64,000 nucleotides of DNA from Candidatus Sericytochromatia bacterium (lineage in GTDB: Bacteria > Cyanobacteriota > Sericytochromatia > S15B-MN24 > VGJW01), in contig JAYKHS010000022.1 in assembly GCA_035285865.1 (NCBI GenBank), positions 1 through 64,000 on the forward strand, in the 5' to 3' direction. A program made the position numbers and the translations under genes. Below the pieces are notes generated by a model. The model made no database searches. It worked only from the letters and a program-made list of their open reading frames with translations, and was not told the DNA's origin. This document shows positions 1 through 8,185 of this stretch, one piece after another (the stretch's first letter is position 1; each line of letters opens with the position of its first letter).

Positions 1-454
1 CCTTGCGCGTGCTGACCCCGTGCACGTAGGCCTCCTGGATGACCGACAGCAACGCCTGCTCCGAACGACGGCGGGGCTCGAGGAAGGACGGCAGGTACGT
101 CCCGTTCCGCAAACGCGGAATCCGCAGGTCCCGCGTGCCCACCCGCGTGTCCCACGCCCGGTCCCGGTAGCCGTTGCGATGGGCCTTGCGCTCGTCCGTT
201 TGCTGATGCAACGCGGCGCCGGCCAGCTTGCCGACCTCCACCTCCATCACCAACTGCACCAAGCGCTCCCCCACGGCCCGTAACGCATCGGCATGACCTT
301 CCCCCAACACCTTGCCGACGACCTCGCCCAACGTCCTGATATTCTCCGCCACCACCTTGGACCTCCTTCGTTTGTTCGCAACTACGAAAGGATCGCGGCG
401 GTGGTTGCTGCTACAAGCCGCCGGCGGATTTACACCAACTCTAGGGACGTAACC
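1..454 (-). mobile_element. IS256-family insertion sequence, left end (continues beyond the window)
   Basis: Terminal sequence reads GGTTACGTCCCTAGAGTTGGTGTAAAT on the minus strand (454->428), resembling IS256-family ends, directly upstream of a Mutator-type transposase ORF. Confidence 0.85.
2..355 (-). CDS. IS256/Mutator-family transposase, N-terminal part (cut by window edge)
   Basis: Manual translation (GTG start, AGGAGG RBS at 362-367): ...HRNGYRDRAWDTRVGTRDLRIPRLRNGTYLPSFLEPRRRSEQALLSVIQEAYVHGVSTRK, a typical IS256 transposase motif. Confidence 0.93.
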   Translation of the reverse strand, partial: MVAENIRTLGEVVGKVLGEGHADALRAVGERLVQLVMEVEVGKLAGAALHQQTDERKAHRNGYRDRAWDTRVGTRDLRIPRLRNGTYLPSFLEPRRRSEQALLSVIQEAYVHGVSTRK

Positions 455-512
455 GCTACAAGAGTCGGTATGGAAACCATGTGGGTCAAATTTCAACCGA
501 TTGGGGGGGCAG

Positions 513-850
513 TTCTACTCCGTTGCTAACAGCAACAACCCTCTGGCCCGAGAGTAGGGCTTTTGCGCCAGCGTGTACTGCAGCCACCTGGCGGCCATGG
601 GCCTTGCGGCACAGCTCGAGGACGCGACGAACAAGGGCCGGATCGACCTGGCCTTGCGCGTGGAAGAACCGGTGTACCTCTTCGATTTCAAGGTCGTGTA
701 GCAGGCGCCCGACCGTCGGGTGCTGGCCCAGTTGCAGGACTGGGGCTATCCCGGGAACTACCGCGCCCCCGGTGTCACCATGTCGCTCGTCGGCATTGAG
801 TTCAGCCGCGAGGAACGCAAGCTCGTGAGTTTTGAGGTGGCGGAGGGTTG
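513..850 (+). pseudogene. C-terminal remnant of an AAA-ATPase-like/PD-(D/E)XK nuclease (PDDEXK_9-type) gene
   Basis: Frame reads NNPLARE*GFCASVYCSHLAAMGL..LEDATNKGRIDLAL..VYLFDFKVV*..LAQLQDWGY..LVGIEFSREERKLVSFEV, with in-frame TAG stops at 555-557 and 699-701 and no N-terminus (IS256 lies upstream). Confidence 0.75.
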
Positions 851-895
851 TGGAGAATTCCGTTTCGACAGCCGCTGTGACAGGCACGGTCTCAG

Positions 896-1822
896 TCAGG
901 CGCGCTCCCAGAGCCACGAGACCAGACGCTCGGTGACCGGGTGCCCCAGCAGGTCCTCGATACCCAGATGAACGGGTGTCGGGTTGCACTCCAGCAGCGT
1001 CCATGAGCCATCAAAGGTCCGGATGAGATCCATGCCGCAGTAGGGCATTCCCGTGACCTTCGCAGCCTGGACACACATCCGTCGGACTTCTGCGGGTAGC
1101 TTCACGGCCGTGAAGCCGTCCTCATTGCCGCGGTAGTCCAATGCACGGGTGTGGATGTGTGCCGCCGACACGACTTCCCGACCCACGACGCACACCCTGA
1201 TGTTGTCCCCGTGCACCCGCTTCTGGAAGATTACCGGTGCATTGCGCAGCAGCTCCAGTCGAGTGGGCGTCAGGTCTTCGGGCATCAGTGCCCGGCAGAA
1301 GGCACCGCCTGAAACGGGTTTGTAGATGACATCCGCGTGGGCTGCCGCAAAGGCTTCGACATCTGCCGCACGATTCGTGACCAGCGTTGCCGGGACGGGA
1401 AGGCCCGCACGCCGCAGCAGGGCCAACTGCAACGGCTTCAGGATGTGCTGATCCAGGCTCTCCACCGGATTGACTACGGTTCCGCCTTCAAGGCACAGCG
1501 CCCTGAGCCAGGAAGACACCGTCGCATACATCTCCCGGTGGGCCAGATAACGGGCGCGCCAGTCCTCGAACAAGGCGTAGTGGTCATCCGGCATGCGAAA
1601 GACCGGGAAACTCAGGAATATGGCGCGCAGGTGCCAGACGCGAACATGGCGCATGTCCGCCCCGTTCAGACTTGTAGCACCATCCTCGAGGCTCAGGTGC
1701 TCATGCTCCGGGTACCGGGAGTTGTCGAGCCAGACGACCGAGCCGCCTCGATCGCGGATCATGTCCTGCATGCGCAACAGCGTGAGGTCCGATTGTCCCC
1801 CGATGAGGCCGATGGTCTTCAT
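896..1822 (-). CDS. ATP-grasp ligase, RimK/MvdC-MvdD (graspetide synthetase)-like
   Basis: Motifs KPLQLALL..AGLPVPATLVTN, VIYKP, PVIFQ, DNIRVCVVG, DYR, GMDLI and LLECNP; 308 aa. Confidence 0.88.
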   Translation of the reverse strand: MKTIGLIGGQSDLTLLRMQDMIRDRGGSVVWLDNSRYPEHEHLSLEDGATSLNGADMRHVRVWHLRAIFLSFPVFRMPDDHYALFEDWRARYLAHREMYATVSSWLRALCLEGGTVVNPVESLDQHILKPLQLALLRRAGLPVPATLVTNRAADVEAFAAAHADVIYKPVSGGAFCRALMPEDLTPTRLELLRNAPVIFQKRVHGDNIRVCVVGREVVSAAHIHTRALDYRGNEDGFTAVKLPAEVRRMCVQAAKVTGMPYCGMDLIRTFDGSWTLLECNPTPVHLGIEDLLGHPVTERLVSWLWERA

Positions 1823-2067
1823 CGCGAACCTGCCGCCCCGGGGGTGAAGAAGTCGAAGTTGCCCAGGCCCACGAACATGTCACCCCCGTGCAACAATGCG
1901 CTCTCGAGCCCGGGGACCAGATACTGCTCGTTCGTCGGGTCTGTCTGGAGGTCACGTGCCCGGGCCGTCCGCGATTCGGCGGTGTCGTCGGCATCGCTGG
2001 CCCGGAATTTGGCATCGCCGTCCTCGGTGTCTGCTTCGGCGTGCCACGAATGGGATTCCATCATCAT
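1819..2067 (-). CDS. small acidic peptide, candidate ATP-grasp substrate/RiPP precursor
   Basis: 82 aa; D/E/T/S-rich N-half and hydrophobic C-half; GAGGA upstream; stop overlaps the ATP-grasp start (ATGA). Confidence 0.65.
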   Translation of the reverse strand: MMMESHSWHAEADTEDGDAKFRASDADDTAESRTARARDLQTDPTNEQYLVPGLESALLHGGDMFVGLGNFDFFTPGAAGSR

Positions 2068-2181
2068 CGATCCTCTACCCGTCGAGACTACGGATCATTG
2101 TCCGGGATGGTGCCTGCGCAAGGCCACCCACGGCCGCCCCGGATGCCGCCAGGCCTTGCCGTCTTCGGTCGACATGAAGGA

Positions 2182-3179
2182 CTACGACGTCATCCCTTGG
2201 CCTCCGTGAAGCTGCGACTGGATGGCCACCGTATGGAAGCCAGGCTCCAGGTCGATGGGACCGGACAGGCAGGTTCCATCCGGGGCGAGTGCGTGGGGCA
2301 CGCGCTGGAAGTCCAGCCACATCGCCTCGCAAGGAAAGGCCCCTCGAGCCGTGAGCCGAATGCCGTGTCCTGAGGCCATGCTCAGCTCAGGTGGCTGTAC
2401 GTCGGCACTGGAGGCTGGCATGGCAAGGAGCTTTGCCGCCAGCGTTCGCGGCGATTCGAGTCGAAAAACCGACTGACGCTTCAGCAACAAGGGGTCCTGG
2501 CTCGGTCCATTGACCCCCGGATTCACGGTGAATGCAGCCGCATAGCCGAGCTTCCTCAGCAGCGGCAGGTGCTCGGCCTGATGCCAGCCGAAGGGAAAGG
2601 CAAAGGCCGTGATTGACTTGCCCGTGAAGCGTTCCAGTTGGCGCTTCGAAACACCCATCTCGCGCTCCATGCGCATCCCGAAGGCCTGCTGGCTCTCGCG
2701 AGGGCCGCGCAACAGGCTTTCGTGGGTCAAGCCATGACACTGCACCTCAAGGCCTTCCCGGGCCATCTCGCCAAGTGGCCCCACGATAGCTTGCCGTTCG
2801 TCCCGATGGCCCGGGGATGGATGAACAGCGTCGCCTTCGCACCATAGGGTTTCAACAGGGGCCAGGCCCGAGTCCGGACGGTGCCGTATCCATCGTCGAA
2901 GGTCAGGCAGACGGCGCGCCTGCCCTTGTTCCGCGGATCCTGAAGCCAATCCGTCACCTCGCTCGCGGTCAGCGTTGGCAGCTCCAGACGTCTGATTATC
3001 CGGAGATGTTGCTCCAGCATCTCCGGTGTCACCGCGAGATCCGTCGCGGGACGTGGCTCCACACTGTGGTAACAGAGGACCGAAACCATCGCCTCACGAG
3101 CTTTGCGGGTTGCTTCGGGCTGCTGGACTGGGCCCATGAAGATCAGCCCCGCGAGGGCAATCAGGACAAGGACGGGCAT
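2182..3179 (-). pseudogene. secreted polysaccharide deacetylase (NodB/CE4), frameshifted
   Basis: N-part (ATG 3179) has a signal-like segment, VLCYH and LTFDDG; C-part in another frame has QCHGLTH, FAFPFG and AAFT. The join needs one extra base near 2770. Confidence 0.8.
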
Positions 3180-3305
3180 GGACGCAACATGCCCTGTGGC
3201 GTCCGTGCCCAGCAGCTCCACAGGCAGCCTGTGGCGCGGACGCTTCACGGAGAATTGACCAACAATTGAAGCAGGGCCTGTCCGGGCCAGCGGGATAATC
3301 CGGGT

Positions 3306-3884
3306 ATGCAAACCGGAAATCTTGGCCCGATGCCCGATGCCCATCGCCCCCGTGGCTTGACGGGGCCGCTCGCTGCAGCCTTGCGCGCGCCCGAGAAAGG
3401 GTCCCGGTATCCTGAGCCGTCTCTGCGTCAGGCGAAGCCCGGCGATCGTCTGGCATTCGGCAGGGTTCCGGACCTTGCCAGCCGAATCAAGGCCTTGGCC
3501 ACGGCCGCGGAGATAGATTTCTTCGAGGTCGAAAAGCCCGCATCCACCACGCCCGAGGAGGCCCTCTTCGACCAGGTGTACGAAGCGTTCTCCGCGCGTC
3601 AGACCGCGAGAGCTATGGACCTCGCCGCTTGGCGCATCCAGCTCGAGTTGGAGCTGACCATCCGCAGGCAGCGCTCCGAGAACCTCTGGAACCGGCACAT
3701 GAAGGGTGTCAGGGCCGAGGAACTGCGGCGCGAGCAGGAGCAGGAGCTCGCTCTCGCCAGTCTTGCCGGGACGGACATGGCTGTCGCGCGCAAGCGCCGG
3801 ACCGGCGTGGTTCCGGACCGGAGCGCGTCAGGTCCAATCTCCGGTAGCGCCGCCCCTCAGGCGCCGGCGACGGACTCGAACTGA
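3306..3884 (+). CDS. hypothetical helical/coiled-coil protein
   Basis: 192-aa ORF with protein-like composition; GATAAT box 6 nt upstream of the ATG. Confidence 0.6.
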   Translation: MQTGNLGPMPDAHRPRGLTGPLAAALRAPEKGSRYPEPSLRQAKPGDRLAFGRVPDLASRIKALATAAEIDFFEVEKPASTTPEEALFDQVYEAFSARQTARAMDLAAWRIQLELELTIRRQRSENLWNRHMKGVRAEELRREQEQELALASLAGTDMAVARKRRTGVVPDRSASGPISGSAAPQAPATDSN

Positions 3885-4024
3885 TAACGCTCCTTCGGGT
3901 AGCGGAACTGGAACATTTGGCGGGCTTCCTGTGGCGAGTGAGCCTGCAAGACCAGGCTCATCGGTCCCGATACGGTGCCGTCGGCACCGATGAGCCGATA
4001 ACAGATCCGGAATCCTTTGCGCAC
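3857..4024 (-). CDS. small hypothetical protein (55 aa, below the ORF-track cutoff)
   Basis: GGAGG..GGAG RBS then GTG; MRKGFRICYRLIGADGTVSGPMSLVLQAHSPQEARQMFQFRYPKERYQFESVAGA; lies downstream of fliR on the same strand. Confidence 0.55.
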   Translation of the reverse strand: MRKGFRICYRLIGADGTVSGPMSLVLQAHSPQEARQMFQFRYPKERYQFESVAGA

Positions 4025-4144
4025 GTCTCCATCCTCCGACGGTCCGTTGGGATGGGCCGCGAGTCCTGGAGCGAGCCTGCGCGTGCTTTGCGGGAACTGG
4101 CCTTCATATTCCCCGCACCAGTCTCCGGCGAAACCGGTCCTTGC

Positions 4145-5008
4145 TCAGCGTCTCGGCGGTCCGGGCCTGAGCCTGCTTGGACCACCCAGCGGTGTCGGTT
4201 CGGGCGTGGGTTGCGTCATCAGCACCGTAGCGTGGGATTCCCGCAGCATCTTGTCGCCCCAGAGCTTGACCGAAGCCACGACATTGGGCGTCATCAGGGC
4301 GATGACGGCGAAGCCGATGCTGGGCTTCACGGCCGTCACGATCTCGAGGATGTTCTGGATGGTCGGGATGGCCCGATTGATGATCCCGAGGCCGAAGTCG
4401 ACCATCAGCATGACTATCGTGGCCGGCATGGCGACCTGGATGGTGATCAGGAAGAAGTTCACGACCAGCTTGCCCATCTGCTCCCAGACCTGAGCCGTCA
4501 GTTGGAAGCCGCCCAGCGGGATGATGTCGAAGCTCTGGTAGAAGCCCTGGATCAGCCACAGATGCCCCCCGAGGGTCAGGAGGGCCGTCTGGGCCAGATA
4601 GAAAAACAGGTTGCCGACGGCTGTCGTCTGCGTCCGCAGCATCGGGTTGAGCGTCGTCATCATCGACAGGCTGGTCTGCTGGGCGACCAGTTCGCCGGCC
4701 GCCTGGAAGGCCTGGAACATGACCATCGCGGCATAACCGAACAGGACGCCCGTGGCCACCTCGATGACGAGCGCCAGCAGGAATGGGAACAGCTGCGTCG
4801 GCACCATCGGAGCCCGGGGCATGGTCGACCAGCAGGCGAACGTCAGCGCCAGCGCGAGCGCTGCACGGCCGGTCGCGGGCACGGCCTTGGAACCGAGGAT
4901 CGGAGCCTGCCCCATCATGCCTCCGGCACGGGCCAGCATGAGCAGGAAGACCGGCATGGCCTGCCCCAGCAGCTCGAGGGCCGCCGTGCGCCACACCTCG
5001 GTCATCAT
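4145..5008 (-). CDS. fliR: flagellar export apparatus protein FliR
   Basis: Multi-TM; R..G....AP.LG, EVATG..FG, LTLGGHLWLI, GIINRAIP.IQ; follows fliQ. Confidence 0.92.
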   Translation of the reverse strand: MMTEVWRTAALELLGQAMPVFLLMLARAGGMMGQAPILGSKAVPATGRAALALALTFACWSTMPRAPMVPTQLFPFLLALVIEVATGVLFGYAAMVMFQAFQAAGELVAQQTSLSMMTTLNPMLRTQTTAVGNLFFYLAQTALLTLGGHLWLIQGFYQSFDIIPLGGFQLTAQVWEQMGKLVVNFFLITIQVAMPATIVMLMVDFGLGIINRAIPTIQNILEIVTAVKPSIGFAVIALMTPNVVASVKLWGDKMLRESHATVLMTQPTPEPTPLGGPSRLRPGPPRR

Positions 5009-5015
5009 GGCGGCG

Positions 5016-5288
5016 TTAGCGCCCCAGCAGCTCGGGAATCGAGCTCCACAACCGGTTGATGTAACCCACCATCGTCGCCATGAGCCACGGCCCCACGGCC
5101 AGGATCACGCCGAACACCGCGAGGGTCTTCGGGACGAACGAGAGCGTCTGCTCCTGAATGCTCGTGATGGTCTGGAGCAGTGCCACGATGAAGCCCACCA
5201 CCAGGCTCGTCAGCACGATGGGTGCCGACAGCAGCAGCACGAAGATGATCGCCTGGCTGACGACATGGATGACGGTCGTGTCGCTCAC
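5016..5288 (-). CDS. fliQ: flagellar export apparatus protein FliQ
   Basis: LLQTITSIQEQTLSFVPK signature; 90 aa. Confidence 0.96.
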   Translation of the reverse strand: MSDTTVIHVVSQAIIFVLLLSAPIVLTSLVVGFIVALLQTITSIQEQTLSFVPKTLAVFGVILAVGPWLMATMVGYINRLWSSIPELLGR

Positions 5289-5294
5289 GGGGAC

Positions 5295-6017
5295 CTACTT
5301 GAAGGACGTGATGATGGCCTGAGCCACCAGATGCCAGCCGTTCGCCAGGGAGAACACCAGAATCTTGAAGGCCGTCGAGATCATCTGCGGCGGCAGCATG
5401 CTCATGCCCAGCGCCATCAGCACGTTGGCCACCACCAGGTCGATGACGAGGAACGGGACATAGATGATGAACCCGATCTTGAAGGCCGTCGTCAGTTCGC
5501 TGATCATGAACGACGGGATGGCCACCATCAGGGGCACATCCTCGCGTCGGGCCGGAACGGGCTGTTTCGTCACCCTCAGGAAGAAAGCCAGTTCCTGCTC
5601 GTTGGTCTGGCGCATCATGAACGCGTGCATCGGGGCGATCGCCCGACTGATTGCCGTGGGCTGGTCGATCCGCCTTGCCAGATAGGGCTGCACCGCGTCG
5701 CGATCGATGGATGACCACACGGGATTCATGGTGTAGAGGGCGAGAAACAGCGCCAGGCCCAGCATCACGGGGTTGGGCGGGATGGTCTGCGTGCCCATCG
5801 CCTGGCGCAGGAAGCCCAGCACGATGATGGTGCGCATGAAGCTGGTCGTCATGATGACGATGAACGGCAGCACCGTGAGCAGCGCCAGCGCGAAGATCAG
5901 CTGCATCGGCGTGGTCAGGCCCGGGTTGTCGATCGGGGCCCTCAGGTCCACCACGGACAGCAGGCGGGTTGCCTCCTGGCTCAGGCCGGCAAGCGGGGGC
6001 AAGCTCAGGACCATCAC
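5295..6017 (-). CDS. fliP: flagellar export apparatus protein FliP
   Basis: MTTSFMRTIIVLGFLRQAMG.QTIPPN, PSFMISELTTAFKIGF and FLVIDLVVANVLMALGM. Confidence 0.96.
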   Translation of the reverse strand: MMVLSLPPLAGLSQEATRLLSVVDLRAPIDNPGLTTPMQLIFALALLTVLPFIVIMTTSFMRTIIVLGFLRQAMGTQTIPPNPVMLGLALFLALYTMNPVWSSIDRDAVQPYLARRIDQPTAISRAIAPMHAFMMRQTNEQELAFFLRVTKQPVPARREDVPLMVAIPSFMISELTTAFKIGFIIYVPFLVIDLVVANVLMALGMSMLPPQMISTAFKILVFSLANGWHLVAQAIITSFK

Positions 6018-6463
6018 GACTCCGGATCCTCCTGATGCCGCGCGAGTGCGTCGGCAAAGCTGCCTGTCCCGGCGGTCGGCACGACCTCGGCCCCGAGGGT
6101 CGGCACGACCTCTGCCGGCTCGCCCACCACGCCGATGCGATCGAAGCCGTTGGGTCCCATGCCCACCAGCCAGCGCTGGCCCTCGATCGCGACGAGCAGC
6201 AAGGCCCGCTGGGGATCGACCGGCAGACGATCCTCGATGCGGATGACCTCTCGCCTTGGGCCCACGCCCAGCGAGGCGGCGAGGCGGCCCTTGCCGACGC
6301 GGTTGGCCAGCCAGCCAAGCCCGACGAGGGCGCCGCAGACGACAACGAGGTTCAACAGGAACTGGCCGATGGGAAAGTCGGGAGCCGGCGCATCCATCAG
6401 CGGCGCGACGGTGGCGACGGCATCCGGCACGGCGGTCAGCAGCACGGCAGCGTGAAGCATCAC
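6014..6463 (-). CDS. fliO: FliO/FliZ-like flagellar biosynthesis protein
   Basis: One TM followed by IRIEDRLPVDPQRALLLVAIEGQRWLVG; sits between fliN and fliP. Confidence 0.82.
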   Translation of the reverse strand: MMLHAAVLLTAVPDAVATVAPLMDAPAPDFPIGQFLLNLVVVCGALVGLGWLANRVGKGRLAASLGVGPRREVIRIEDRLPVDPQRALLLVAIEGQRWLVGMGPNGFDRIGVVGEPAEVVPTLGAEVVPTAGTGSFADALARHQEDPES

Positions 6464-6798
6464 GAGGCCATGCCTGCGATCTCGGCGCCCATGATCCGCG
6501 TCAGGCGCACGCCGAAGTTGGCGCCCAGCACGACGATCTCGCCTTCCGCGACGAGGCGGCCCGAGGCATACAGATGGACAGGTTCGCCAGCCAGTTGGTC
6601 CAGTTCGATGACGCTGCCCTCGACCAGCTTCATGACCTCGCGCAGCGGCAGGCTGGTGCGGCCCAGTTCGACCGTGACCGTCAGCCGGATGTCGCGCATC
6701 AGCGACAGGTTGTGCCGGGCCGGATCGCCGTCGCCCGGCTGGTGCGTGAGCGGGGCCAGCCGCACCTTGCTGTAGCCCTGGGTGGGGTCTTCGGTCAT
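6460..6798 (-). CDS. fliN: flagellar C-ring protein FliN (SpoA domain)
   Basis: NLSLMRDIRLTVTVELGRTSLPLREVMKL..GSVIELDQLAGEPV..GEIVV..NFGVRLT. Confidence 0.93.
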   Translation of the reverse strand: MTEDPTQGYSKVRLAPLTHQPGDGDPARHNLSLMRDIRLTVTVELGRTSLPLREVMKLVEGSVIELDQLAGEPVHLYASGRLVAEGEIVVLGANFGVRLTRIMGAEIAGMAS

Positions 6799-6802
6799 GG
6801 GT

Positions 6803-8185
6803 CTACCCTCCGCGCAGGGACGCGACCGTCCCCGGTTCCAACGCGAGTACCTTGATGGCGACGTGGTCCTCGTATTGCGCCGGCTTGGCCCGGCCGACGG
6901 CCCGGCCGTTGATGCACAGCGTCACCGAGCCGTCCTGGGCCCGGGGCAATTCGAGCAACGAGCCTTCCTCAAGCGTGATCCAGTCGGCCAGGGAGACGTC
7001 CACGCTGCCGAGGTTGGCGGTGATCTGGACATAGACGCCGGCCAACTGGCCCAGCGCTTGATCGAAGGAAGTGTCGAAGGTGGGCTGGCGACGCGACAGG
7101 AGGTTGACCACGGCGGGCTCGCCGGCCGCTGTTTCCTGCTGCTGGTCCGGCAAGTCGGCCTTGCCCGTCTCGCCCACCAGACCCATCTGCTGGATGGTGG
7201 CGGCAAGGTCTCGCCCGAAGCCGGCGGCAAGCTGTTCGGTCTCGCCCTCGAGCGCGCTGAAATCCAGTTCGGGTGGTTCCGACTGCGGCAGTTCGGGGAT
7301 GGCGACCTTCATGTCGGGTTCGCGGTCGGGGGCCTTGGGGTCGCTGTAGGCCACCGTGAAGTCGCCGCGTCCCATGAACAGGCTGCCCAGCGCCACGATG
7401 CACGCGCCTGCCACGAACCCATGGCTCATGGCCCGGTCGGGATCTGCCACGAAGCCCAGCGCGGTGCGCACGGCACGCACGGCGGGCATCGAGCTGCCGA
7501 CGGGGCCGAAGACCGACACCAGCAGCACGCCCGTGAGCCACGAGGCGGCAAAGCCGAGGCACCAGCCGTAGTAGTAGCCGATGAGGCCGCGCAGCACGGG
7601 CCAGAAGGCTGCGGTGCCGAAGGGTTCCTGCCGGGGGTCGAACAGTTCCTTGCGCAGCAGCGAGGCGATCATGCCGCCCAACCCGAAGGCCGAGGCCATG
7701 CCGACCGTTGCCCACAGCGCCCCGCGCCAGGTGCTCTCGCCGGAGACCCAGCGGGCCAAGGCCCGTGTCGGCACGGGGGCCATTTCGGGGGCCTCGCGCA
7801 GCAGCCATCGCGCCGCAAGCTGCAACCAGCCCCGGGGTGTCTCCAGCGGGTTGTGGGAAAGCGTCAGGCCCCAGCGTGCCGAAAGCCCCCACAGCAGCAG
7901 CAGGGCGAGCAGCCCCATGGCCACGGAGACCAGCGCGCCCTTCCACCACGCCGGGGGGACCAGGACCACGCGCGGCATGCGGCGTCGGTACCAGAGGTGA
8001 TGGGCCAGAGCCGCGGCAAGTCCGGCGATCGCGAGGCCCCAGAGGCCCAGCAGCAGGACGTTCGGGCTGGCCTTCCCCCGGGTGACGAGGCTCATCACCA
8101 GGAAGATCGGATAGACGCCCACGATGAGCGGCAGCCACTGCCCCTGGAGGGGGACCCGGACTTCGGGGCGGCGCTTGCGTGCCAT
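6803..8185 (-). CDS. multi-pass membrane protein fused to a C-terminal FliM/FliN (SpoA) domain
   Basis: Start ATG 8185 (MARKRR..) coupled to the upstream stop; about 6 hydrophobic helices, an acidic linker, then VYVQITANLGSVDVSLADWITLEEGSLLELP..VTLCINGRAVGRA..HVAIKV. Confidence 0.8.
   Translation of the reverse strand: MARKRRPEVRVPLQGQWLPLIVGVYPIFLVMSLVTRGKASPNVLLLGLWGLAIAGLAAALAHHLWYRRRMPRVVLVPPAWWKGALVSVAMGLLALLLLWGLSARWGLTLSHNPLETPRGWLQLAARWLLREAPEMAPVPTRALARWVSGESTWRGALWATVGMASAFGLGGMIASLLRKELFDPRQEPFGTAAFWPVLRGLIGYYYGWCLGFAASWLTGVLLVSVFGPVGSSMPAVRAVRTALGFVADPDRAMSHGFVAGACIVALGSLFMGRGDFTVAYSDPKAPDREPDMKVAIPELPQSEPPELDFSALEGETEQLAAGFGRDLAATIQQMGLVGETGKADLPDQQQETAAGEPAVVNLLSRRQPTFDTSFDQALGQLAGVYVQITANLGSVDVSLADWITLEEGSLLELPRAQDGSVTLCINGRAVGRAKPAQYEDHVAIKVLALEPGTVASLRGG

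Noticed and set aside
20..529. Plus-strand ORFs of 87 and 78 aa
   Set aside because: Antisense to the IS256 transposase and its end
486..1004. 172-aa minus-strand ORF
   Set aside because: Antisense shadow of the plus-strand nuclease pseudogene; it also overlaps the ATP-grasp gene
6072..6118. 24-nt near-tandem repeat in fliO (AEVVPT twice)
   Set aside because: Two copies only, in a low-complexity protein tail; no sign of a functional array
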